From: Alphaproteobacteria bacterium
Lineage (GTDB): Bacteria; Pseudomonadota; Alphaproteobacteria; SP197
Direction: 5' to 3'
Length of the DNA: 64,000 nucleotides
Assembly (NCBI GenBank): GCA_965228895.1
Contig: OZ245842.1
Location: forward strand, 2,720,001 to 2,784,000
In this document: piece by piece, positions 29,682 to 38,116 of the stretch
Position numbering within the stretch: position 1 is the stretch's first letter
Layout: the number at the start of each line of letters is the position of its first letter
The notes under the pieces: generated by a model
The model's database searches: none
What the model was told of the DNA's origin: nothing
The model's input: only the letters and a program-made list of their open reading frames with translations
Made by a program: the position numbers and the translations under genes

Positions 29682-30104
29682 TCAGCCGACGATTTCGTCG
29701 TCGGAGAAGAAGAACGCGACTTCGCGCGCGGCGTTTTCGGCGGAGTCCGAACCGTGGACCGAATTGGCTTCGATCGATTCGGCGAACTCGGCCCTGATGG
29801 TGCCGGCGTCCGCATCGGCGGGATTGGTGGCGCCCATCACTTCGCGGTTCTTGGTAACGGCGTTGTCGCCTTCGAGCACCTGCACGACGACCGGGCCGGA
29901 GGTCATGAACTCAACCAGCGAACCATAGAACGGACGCTCACGATGAACCTCATAGAACGCCTCGGCCTGCTCGTGGGTCATGGCGATGCGCTTCTGGGCA
30001 ACGATCCTGAGACCGGCGTCTTCCAGCTTGGCGTTGATCTTGCCGGTCAGATTGCGGCGGGTGGCATCCGGTTTGATGATCGAGAGCGTACGTTCGGTGG
30101 CCAT
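29682..30104 (-). CDS. ndk: nucleoside diphosphate kinase
   Basis: [31 protein letters not shown]. Confidence 0.98.
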   Translation of the reverse strand: MATERTLSIIKPDATRRNLTGKINAKLEDAGLRIVAQKRIAMTHEQAEAFYEVHRERPFYGSLVEFMTSGPVVVQVLEGDNAVTKNREVMGATNPADADAGTIRAEFAESIEANSVHGSDSAENAAREVAFFFSDDEIVG

Positions 30105-30260
30105 GGTGTGTGGTCTTCTTTCTGGTGAGAACGAGGGGTCACATGAATTTCGCGCGCCTTATAGGGCGTTCGCCTGTCAGCGTCCACCATCCCCACTAAA
30201 GGCCTTTGTCAGTCAGAACGCATCGCCAGCCCGCTCCCGGCGGCTTGAACGGCAAGAGCT

Positions 30261-30734
30261 TTAGCTGCCGGCTTCGCCGCCTGCCTCGGCCTTTTGTTCC
30301 CAGCCGCCCTGATCGGTCTGCTGCCAATAAGTCAAATGATGGCCGCCTTCCTTCAGCGACTTCCAGCGCACCCGCGCCGCGGCCACCGCGGTCTCATCAC
30401 GGCCGTCGAACATATCGATAATGCGCTCGAACGCCGCGGCCTCGCCGGCATCGGCGCCGCCGGTCAGCACAAGGACGGCAGCGCCGTTCGGGTTGGTGAC
30501 GTGATCGGTGAGATAGACCGGCTGGTCTGAGGGATCGCCATCGGCCGCCGTGCCGTGAGGCAGGAACGAGGCGGGATCGTAAGTCCACAAGGCCGCGCTT
30601 AGATGCTCGGCCCGCTCATCGGACTCGGCAACAACCACCGCGCGCATGCCCCGCGAGACCGCCTTTTCCAGCAGTTTGGGCAAGGCCCTCTCCAGAGGTG
30701 TGCGCAGAAGGTGGTAGAAGCCGATCTCGCTCAT
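30261..30734 (-). CDS. holC: DNA polymerase III subunit chi
   Basis: FYHL...LERALPKLLEK, LWT..P.SFLPHG, AR.RWK, YWQQ...GGW; downstream of pepA. Confidence 0.94.
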   Translation of the reverse strand: MSEIGFYHLLRTPLERALPKLLEKAVSRGMRAVVVAESDERAEHLSAALWTYDPASFLPHGTAADGDPSDQPVYLTDHVTNPNGAAVLVLTGGADAGEAAAFERIIDMFDGRDETAVAAARVRWKSLKEGGHHLTYWQQTDQGGWEQKAEAGGEAGS

Positions 30735-30739
30735 CGGTG

Positions 30740-32209
30740 TCAGCTCTCGTACTGATCCTCGACGAAGGTATCGAGCAGGCGCACACCATAACCCGTCGCC
30801 CCCTTGGGCGTCAGCGGCTCGTCCGACTTCACCCAGGCGGTGCCGGCGATATCCAGATGCGCCCAGGGCGTATCGCCGATGAACCGCTCCAACAGAACGG
30901 CACCGGCCGTGCTACCGGCTTCGCGCGCCTTGCCGACATTCTTCATGTCGGCGATGTCGGATTTGATGTCCTTGCTGTAGCGGTCGCCCAGCGGCATGCG
31001 CCACAACTCCTCGCCGACCTTGTCGCCGGCGGCGACCAGCGCATAGGCGAGATCGTCGTTGTTGCTGAACAGGCCGGCCTTGTAGCTGCCCAGCGCGACG
31101 ATGATCGCCCCGGTCAGGGTCGCCAGATCGATGACCTGCTTCGGCTTGAAGGTCTCGACCGCGTAGTGCAGCGCGTCCGCCAGCACCAGCCGGCCCTCCG
31201 CGTCGGTGTTGATGACCTCGATGGTCTGGCCCGACATGGTGGTCACCACATCGCCCGGCCGCTGGGCTGTGCTGGACGGCATGTTCTCGACACAGCCGAT
31301 GATGCCGACCACGTTGGCCTTGGCGCTGCGCGCGGCGAGCGCATGCATCAGGCCGGTGACACAGCCCGCGCCCGCCATGTCGAATTTCATCTCCTCCATG
31401 CCGCCGGCCGGTTTGATCGAGATGCCGCCGGTGTCGAAACACACACCCTTGCCGACCACCGCCAGCCACGGCGCGTCGTTGGACGCGCCTTCCCAGCGCA
31501 TGACCACGAGCTGGGATTCACGGGCGCTGCCCTGGCCGACACCGAGCAGCGCACCCATGCCGAGCTCGGTCATTTTCGCTTCGCCTAAAACTTCAACATC
31601 AACACCTAACGCGCTCAATTCACTTGCTCTTTTGGCGAATTCCTCAGGATAGAGCGTGTTGGCGGGTTCGCTGACGAGGTCGCGCGTCAGCGCCACACCG
31701 GCAGCGAGCGGCTCCAGCCGGGCCAGCCGCGCCTCGCCTGCCTCAGGGTCGGCGCTGACGACGGTCAGGCGCTCCAGGCTGGGCAGATCGTCGTCCTTCA
31801 GCTTGGTGCGGTACTTGTCGAAGCGATAGCTGCGCAGCCGGACACCGTGGGAAAAATCGCCGCCATGGGCTGCCTTGACCGACAACAGCGCCGCGTGCTT
31901 GACGCCGACCCGGTTCAGATGGGCCGCGACATTGCCGCCCAGGCGCTGGCGGCCGAGGTCGGTGATGTCGTCGAAGTCGCCAAGGCCCACGGCAACGATG
32001 CGGCTGGCGCTGATGCCCGCCGGCGCGACGATGTCGAGGATCTGATCACGCTTGCCGGTGAAGCGCCCACTGGCGACCGCCTTGGTGATGGCGCCATCGG
32101 TCAACGCATCGATTTCCTCTGCCCCGGGGCGCAGGACGCGGTTCTCGCTAATGCCGACAATCAGCGCGTCAGCGTCATCGGGAATGGTCGTCGAAAAGGC
32201 AAAGTCCAT
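30740..32209 (-). CDS. pepA: leucyl aminopeptidase (M17)
   Basis: VGKGVCFDTGGISIK, MKFDMAG, NTDAEGRL.LAD, DLATLTGA, WAHLDIAG. Confidence 0.97.
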   Translation of the reverse strand: MDFAFSTTIPDDADALIVGISENRVLRPGAEEIDALTDGAITKAVASGRFTGKRDQILDIVAPAGISASRIVAVGLGDFDDITDLGRQRLGGNVAAHLNRVGVKHAALLSVKAAHGGDFSHGVRLRSYRFDKYRTKLKDDDLPSLERLTVVSADPEAGEARLARLEPLAAGVALTRDLVSEPANTLYPEEFAKRASELSALGVDVEVLGEAKMTELGMGALLGVGQGSARESQLVVMRWEGASNDAPWLAVVGKGVCFDTGGISIKPAGGMEEMKFDMAGAGCVTGLMHALAARSAKANVVGIIGCVENMPSSTAQRPGDVVTTMSGQTIEVINTDAEGRLVLADALHYAVETFKPKQVIDLATLTGAIIVALGSYKAGLFSNNDDLAYALVAAGDKVGEELWRMPLGDRYSKDIKSDIADMKNVGKAREAGSTAGAVLLERFIGDTPWAHLDIAGTAWVKSDEPLTPKGATGYGVRLLDTFVEDQYES

Positions 32210-32344
32210 GGTGTCCTCGATTTGGGTTCGATTGTGTTTCTGTCAGGCAGCAAGGCCGTGGGCGGGTGGCGCCGATACTGGGCGCGCGGTCATTCTACCG
32301 CAAGTCACCATGACGGGAAGTGCCCACGAGACGGCACCCGATCG

Positions 32345-33421
32345 CTATTCGAGGTGGGCCGGCAACCGCTCCGCCAGAAAGGCGCCGATCTTGCGCGATC
32401 CGCTGGGTGTCGTGTGGATGGCGTCATAGAAATCCTGGGTCTCGAACACCAGCTCGCCGGCCAGGTCGATGCAGATCGCGCCGGCATCGCGGCAGAAAGC
32501 GAGCAGGACGTCGTTATAGGCCTGCATCTCCAGAAAGATGCGTCCGGCACCACTGCCCGTCACCTCTTCCAATCCGGCATCGCCAACGCGGACAAGCCCG
32601 ACGGGTTGCGTCACGTAGACCGGTGTCGTGCCGTAGTTTCGCGCGACCTGATCCAGCACACGTAAACGCTCGCCATAGGCGTCGAGAGCGTCTTGGTTCA
32701 GTGTGATCGCGTCCACCGGTTCATAGGCGATTGTCTCGGGATTGGTGTCGACATCGCCATAGACGACATCGATATCGCGGGCCGCAATCCAGCCTTTCAG
32801 ATTCTTGAACGCGCTTGAAAAGATGCTGTGGTTTCGGACGTACGTACTCAGGCGGCGCGACCACGAGGGCGAGGTCAGGCTGTCGGGCTGGGGCACCTGG
32901 CCCGGCGCGACGCCGCGGTCGTTGTGGCCGACATAGATCAGTGCGTATTGCGGTGCGAGATCGGGAATGTTCGGGAACCACAACTCGAAACTCTTGATAT
33001 GACCCATGGACGAATGGCCGTCGACGCCGGCATTGGCGACAACATGGTCATAGCCTTGTGCGCGCAGCCCATCCTCCAGCACATCGGGCCAGGTATCGCC
33101 TTCGGTCGCGGCACGGTCGTTGGTCGTGCTGCCGCCCACGGCCAGAATCGTGATGGCAGATGGCTCACCATGGTCGCCGCGCAGGCCGTACGCATCGCGC
33201 TGATAAATCAGCGGGGTGCCCGCCGGGTAGTACGGGCTGTCGGTCTCCACGCGGTTGGCGTTGATGCCGACATTGAGCGAGCCGAACTCCGGCCCGAAGA
33301 TCCAGCTGCCGAGCACCAGCTCGACAGCGATCAGCAGCACCAGCAGTACGAGGAGATTGATACCGAGCGTCTTGCCCCTACGGCGCCAGCGTGATGGCGG
33401 CTCAGTCGAGTGCGAAGGCAT
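32345..33421 (-). CDS. membrane-anchored SGNH/GDSL hydrolase family protein
   Basis: N-terminal TM helix; GGSTT (Ser), NAGVDG (Gly), G.ND (Asn), DAIH (His) blocks; start uncertain (33421 or 33433). Confidence 0.85.
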   Translation of the reverse strand: MPSHSTEPPSRWRRRGKTLGINLLVLLVLLIAVELVLGSWIFGPEFGSLNVGINANRVETDSPYYPAGTPLIYQRDAYGLRGDHGEPSAITILAVGGSTTNDRAATEGDTWPDVLEDGLRAQGYDHVVANAGVDGHSSMGHIKSFELWFPNIPDLAPQYALIYVGHNDRGVAPGQVPQPDSLTSPSWSRRLSTYVRNHSIFSSAFKNLKGWIAARDIDVVYGDVDTNPETIAYEPVDAITLNQDALDAYGERLRVLDQVARNYGTTPVYVTQPVGLVRVGDAGLEEVTGSGAGRIFLEMQAYNDVLLAFCRDAGAICIDLAGELVFETQDFYDAIHTTPSGSRKIGAFLAERLPAHLE

Positions 33422-35237
33422 CCTTGTACTCAAGCTTGAGGGCAGGATCCTGGTCGTCCTTCAGCAGCATGCAGTTGCCGACGATTAACGCATCGAGCTC
33501 GGTGCCCATGAAACAACGGAAGGCGTCTTCCGGTGTGTTGACGATGGGCTCGCCGCGCACGTTGAAGGATGTGTTGACCAGGACCGGGCAGCCGGTGAGC
33601 GCCTTGAACGCCGTCAGCAGCGCGTGATAGCGCGGATTGGTTTCGGCATGCACGGTCTGAACCCGTGCCGAATAGTCGACATGGGTGACGGCCGGGATTT
33701 CCGAACGTTGGACATTCAGCTTGTCGATGCCGAACAGCGCCTGTTCGTCGTCGCTCATGGCGCGCTGGCGTTCACCTTTCACGTCGGCGACGAGCAGCAT
33801 GTAAGGACTGTCGACATCAATATCGAACCAGTCGGCGACATCCTCGCGCAACACCGACGGCGCGAAGGGACGGAACGACTCCCGGTACTTGACCTTCAGG
33901 TTCAGCGTCTTCTGCATGGTCGGCGAGCGGGGATCGCCCAGGATCGAGCGGCCGCCCAAGGCCCGCGGACCAAATTCCATGCGCCCCTGCATCCAGCCGA
34001 CCGCCTTTTCATCGGCCAGCAGGCGCGCGGTCGTTTCAATGACGTCGGCATCGCCAACGACCTGAAACTTGGCGCCCGCCTCGCCCAACCGCGTCTCGAT
34101 TTCGTCTTGCCCGAAGACCGGGCCCAGATAGGAGCCCTTCATGGCGTCGGTGCCGGGCTGGACCTGGCGCGGCTGACCCTTCAGACCGTAGTAGGTCGCA
34201 AGCGCCGCACCCAAAGCACCGCCGGCGTCGCCGGCCGCGGGTTGGGTCCAGATGTTTTCGAACGCACCGTCCTTGAGCACCTTGCCATTGGCAACGCAGT
34301 TGAGCGCCACGCCACCGGCCAGGCACAGGTTCTTCGATCCCGTCTCCTGGGCCAGCGACCGCGTCATGCGCAAGACCACCTCTTCGGTCACCGCCTGGAT
34401 CGAAGCCGCGAGGTCCATGTGGCGCTGGGTCAGCAACTCGTCGTCACCACGGGCCGGCCCGCCGAACAGGTTTGCGAACTTCTCGTTCGTCATGGTCAGC
34501 CCGGTGCAATAGTCGAAATAGGACTGGTCCAACCGGAAGGTGCCGTCCGGCTTGACGTCCATCAGGTTGTCGAGGATCAGGTCCTTGAAGGTCGGGTCGC
34601 CATAGGGCGCCAGGCCCATCACCTTGTATTCGCCGGAGTTGACCTTGAAGCCGGTGTAATAGGTGAATGCCGAATAGAGCAGACCGAGCGAATGCGGGAA
34701 ATGAAGCTCTTTGACGATCTCAAGCTTGTTGCCCTCGCCCATCGAGACCGATGTCGTCGTCCACTCGCCAACACCGTCCATGGTCAGCACGACGGCATCG
34801 TCGAACGGCGATGGAAAGAAGGCTGATGCCGCATGACTTTGATGATGCTCGGCGAACAGCAGTTTCTTCGCCCAATCGAACTCCTCGTTGTAGGCCTTGA
34901 GCTGCTTGCGCAGCAGATCCTTCAGGAAGAGCTTTTCTTTGAGCCAGACCGGGATCGCCATGCGGAATGATTGGAAGCCGCGCGGCGCGAACGCGACATA
35001 GGTCTCCAGCAGGCGCTCGAACTTCAGAAACGGCTTGTCGTAGAACGTGACGTGGTCGACATCGCCTAGGCCGATGCCGGCCTCTTCCAAGCAATACGCG
35101 ATCGCGTTGTCGGGGAACGCCGCATCGTGCTTCTTGCGCGTAAAACGCTCCTCCTGCGCCGCCGCGACGATGCCGGTCTCGTCGACCAGCGCCGCCGCGC
35201 TGTCGTGATAATAGGCCGAGATGCCGAGAATGCGCAT
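33402..35237 (-). CDS. O-carbamoyltransferase (NodU/CmcH/SxtI family)
   Basis: ILGISAYYHDSAAA, QEERF.RKKHD, EHH.SHA.S, DGVGE, GEYKVMGLAPYG, AGGVALNC, EFGPRALG.RS, K.RESFRPFAP, NTSFN.RGEP. Confidence 0.95.
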   Translation of the reverse strand: MRILGISAYYHDSAAALVDETGIVAAAQEERFTRKKHDAAFPDNAIAYCLEEAGIGLGDVDHVTFYDKPFLKFERLLETYVAFAPRGFQSFRMAIPVWLKEKLFLKDLLRKQLKAYNEEFDWAKKLLFAEHHQSHAASAFFPSPFDDAVVLTMDGVGEWTTTSVSMGEGNKLEIVKELHFPHSLGLLYSAFTYYTGFKVNSGEYKVMGLAPYGDPTFKDLILDNLMDVKPDGTFRLDQSYFDYCTGLTMTNEKFANLFGGPARGDDELLTQRHMDLAASIQAVTEEVVLRMTRSLAQETGSKNLCLAGGVALNCVANGKVLKDGAFENIWTQPAAGDAGGALGAALATYYGLKGQPRQVQPGTDAMKGSYLGPVFGQDEIETRLGEAGAKFQVVGDADVIETTARLLADEKAVGWMQGRMEFGPRALGGRSILGDPRSPTMQKTLNLKVKYRESFRPFAPSVLREDVADWFDIDVDSPYMLLVADVKGERQRAMSDDEQALFGIDKLNVQRSEIPAVTHVDYSARVQTVHAETNPRYHALLTAFKALTGCPVLVNTSFNVRGEPIVNTPEDAFRCFMGTELDALIVGNCMLLKDDQDPALKLEYKDAFALD

Positions 35238-35252
35238 GGGAGCGCGACTGAC

Positions 35253-35669
35253 CTAGAACTGGTTCCGCATGGTGTCCGGGGCCGGGCCCGGCGGCGAGCG
35301 CTCGATCCAATAGCTCGAGGCGTCCTTGTCGAAGCGCAGGCGCAACAGATCCTTGCCCAGCGTGCGCATGACAAGCCCGGTTGGCGTGACCGCAACAAAA
35401 AACATCAGCCCCATGACCACCGGGCTCATGACCTTATGGAGCAGCAGACCGAAGCGAAACCAGAGCTTGTTGAAAGGCCTGAGGCAACGCGGATAAGCGA
35501 ACGAGACGATCACGAACGCCAGCGCGATAGCGAGTGACCACAGACGCACGCCGCCATCGCCCAGAAGCGGAAACAACGCGACAACGATAAAGACCGCAGC
35601 GAACACCAGGCCAAACTGCCGTTCCGAGCCCAGCTTCACATCGCCGGATCGGTTCAGGTCTTCATGCAT
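35253..35669 (-). CDS. SxtJ family membrane protein
   Basis: S.R.FGLVF, P..L.P.NK.W..FG.LL..V.SP..M...FF...TP.G..MR..GKD.L, SYW..R, M.NQF C-terminus; adjacent to the carbamoyltransferase. Confidence 0.85.
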   Translation of the reverse strand: MHEDLNRSGDVKLGSERQFGLVFAAVFIVVALFPLLGDGGVRLWSLAIALAFVIVSFAYPRCLRPFNKLWFRFGLLLHKVMSPVVMGLMFFVAVTPTGLVMRTLGKDLLRLRFDKDASSYWIERSPPGPAPDTMRNQF

Positions 35670-35891
35670 GCGCAGGACTCCGCCTAAGCCTTTGAATCAC
35701 AGATATTTTTTCGCTTCCCTCTGGCCGTGGGCCAGATTTGCACCGTATAACACGCGCCTTGGGGTAAGGAAAACCGGCAAGGTGGCTGCCTGCGGCTGGT
35801 ATGGGGATACGCCACGCTATCGCCGTCTTTGCTCGGCACGACACCCTCGGAACACTGGTTCGGACCGAAGAGCTATGCCTATAGTGCGGTG

Positions 35892-37016
35892 ATGAAAGGC
35901 TTTGTTAGCTATATCTTGCGTCAGTTGGGGTCGACGGTGGTGTTCGTGACCGTCGCGTTGACTGGCGTTGTGTGGCTCAGCCAGTCACTCCGTTTTCTCG
36001 ATTTCATCATTAACAAGGGCCTCTCGTTCATCAGCTTCGCCAAGCTGACGATGCTCCTGATGCCGACCGTGCTGGCCATCATTCTGCCGGTCGCCGCGTT
36101 CTGCGCGGTCATCTACGTCTACAACCGGCTTAACACCGATCGTGAACTGATTGTGCTGCGCGCAGCCGGGTTGAGCCCCTGGGCGCTTGCCATGCCGGCA
36201 CTTGTGATGGCGCTGTGCGTGATGGGCGCCGGCTACACCATCAACCTATACCTGATGCCCGCGGGTTTCCGCACCTTTAAGGACGAGCAATACGTCCTAC
36301 GCGCCGATTACTCCCACATTTTGCTGCAGGAAGGCGTCTTCAACAGCCTGATCGACGGCCTGACCGTCTATGTCCGCGCCCGGAATCCCAATGGCGAGGT
36401 GCTGGGTATCCTGGTCCACGACAGCCGCGAAGAAGGCGCCCCGGTCACCATGATGGCCGAGAGGGGCGCCCTGGTGTCAACGCCGGAAGGACCGCGCTTC
36501 TTGATGATCAACGGCAACCGGCAGGAAGTCTCGACCCAGGGTCAGAACATCCGGATGCTGTTCTTCGACCGCTACACGCTGGATTTGTCCGACCTAACCG
36601 AACCGCCGGCCGATCGCTATCGCGAGCCCAGGGAACGTTATCTGCACGAACTTATCGGACCACCGATCTCGGTGAGTGACGAGGAGAACCGGCCCGAACT
36701 GACCGCAGAGTTCCATCGGCGCTTGATAACGCCGGTCAACGTCATCGCGCTGACCATGATCGGTCTTGCGGCGATGATATCGGGCGAGTTCAACCGACGA
36801 CGACAGTGGCCACGCCTGATGGCCGGCATCTTGTCGGCGGTGCTTTTCATCTCGTTGTCGTTTGCGCTTGGCAACGCCCTGGTTAAGACGCCGGAAATCT
36901 TGCCTGTGTTCTATGCCTATCCTTTCGCGGCCACGGCACTGGCCGCGTTGATGCTTCAGCGCAACCGCATTCCGCGATGGTTGTACCCGCCGCAGCTACG
37001 GCGATCGGAGGCCTGA
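35892..37016 (+). CDS. lptF: LPS export ABC transporter permease LptF
   Basis: YI.RQL, WL.QSLRF.D, D.EL.V.RAAG.S, L.EG.FN, six TM helices. Confidence 0.93.
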   Translation: MKGFVSYILRQLGSTVVFVTVALTGVVWLSQSLRFLDFIINKGLSFISFAKLTMLLMPTVLAIILPVAAFCAVIYVYNRLNTDRELIVLRAAGLSPWALAMPALVMALCVMGAGYTINLYLMPAGFRTFKDEQYVLRADYSHILLQEGVFNSLIDGLTVYVRARNPNGEVLGILVHDSREEGAPVTMMAERGALVSTPEGPRFLMINGNRQEVSTQGQNIRMLFFDRYTLDLSDLTEPPADRYREPRERYLHELIGPPISVSDEENRPELTAEFHRRLITPVNVIALTMIGLAAMISGEFNRRRQWPRLMAGILSAVLFISLSFALGNALVKTPEILPVFYAYPFAATALAALMLQRNRIPRWLYPPQLRRSEA

Positions 37017-37021
37017 AGTCC

Positions 37022-38116
37022 ATGCGGCTCTCCTATCTGCTGTCGCGCTACATCGGACGCCAGTTCCTGATCTCGATCGGGCTTGTCTTCCTGCTCATCA
37101 TGGGCGTCGCGTTTCTGATCGATGCCGTCAACCTGGGCGACCGGGCGGCATCGCGCGAGGGTGCCGGCTTGATCGTGATCATCGAAATGGCGCTGTTGCG
37201 CGTGCCCTACATCGCGCAAAAGGTGCTTCCCTTCGCGGTGCTGTTCGGCACCATGCTGACCTATCTATGGCTGACGCGGACCAATGAACTTGTCGTGTCG
37301 CGCGCTGCCGGCGTTTCGGTCTGGCAGTTTCTGCTGCCCTCCCTGTCGATCGCGCTGTGCCTGGGGATCTTCGTGGTGACGGTTTTCAATCCCCTGTCGT
37401 CCGCCTTTATCTCGCGCTATGAACAGATGGAGGCGCAGTATCTTCGGGGGCAGTCCAGCTTGTTGACGGTTTCGGGCAGCGGCCTCTGGCTGCGCGACGG
37501 CGACGGCGACGAGCAGATGGTGATTCATGCCGAGCGGGTTTCTCAGAGCGGCACCGAGCTGTCTGATGTGATCATTTTCCTGTATGAGGATGTCGACCGT
37601 TTCGCGGAGCGCATCGATGCCAGAGCAGCAACCTTGCATGACGGCTATTGGGAGTTGGACGACGCGCTGGTGACGAGTCCGGAGATGACCGCCGCGTTCG
37701 CGAAGACCTATCGCATCGATACGGAGCTTACGGTCGGTCGCATCCAAGACAGCTTTGCGCCACCCGATACCATGTCGTTCTGGGATCTGCCGGAGTTCAT
37801 CCAATCGCTGGAAAAAGCCGGGTTCTCAGGGCTTAGGCACCGCATCCACTGGCACTCGATCCTTTCGATACCCCTCTTGTTATCGGCAATGGTTCTGGTG
37901 GCGGCCAGTTTCTCACTGCGGCTGACACGGCGCGGCCGTCTTGGGATTTTCGTTCTGGCCGGCCTGATGACGGGTTTCCTACTCTATTTCACGTCGGACG
38001 TATCGCTGGCCCTGGGCATGTCGGGCAGCCTGCCAGCGATCCTCTCGGCCTGGGCGCCGGCAACAATTTTCGCGCTGATAGGCACCGCCCTTTTGTTTCA
38101 CCTGGAGGATGGATGA
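37022..38116 (+). CDS. lptG: LPS export ABC transporter permease LptG
   Basis: LSRYI.RQF, LPFAVLFG, ELVV.RAAGVSVWQF, GLWLR, MSFW.LP.FI, HLEDG C-terminus. Confidence 0.94.
   Translation: MRLSYLLSRYIGRQFLISIGLVFLLIMGVAFLIDAVNLGDRAASREGAGLIVIIEMALLRVPYIAQKVLPFAVLFGTMLTYLWLTRTNELVVSRAAGVSVWQFLLPSLSIALCLGIFVVTVFNPLSSAFISRYEQMEAQYLRGQSSLLTVSGSGLWLRDGDGDEQMVIHAERVSQSGTELSDVIIFLYEDVDRFAERIDARAATLHDGYWELDDALVTSPEMTAAFAKTYRIDTELTVGRIQDSFAPPDTMSFWDLPEFIQSLEKAGFSGLRHRIHWHSILSIPLLLSAMVLVAASFSLRLTRRGRLGIFVLAGLMTGFLLYFTSDVSLALGMSGSLPAILSAWAPATIFALIGTALLFHLEDG

Noticed and set aside
33402-35669. Saxitoxin or Nod-factor biosynthesis
   Set aside because: No sxtA/sxtG or nodABC; carbamoyltransferase and SxtJ homologues occur widely outside those clusters
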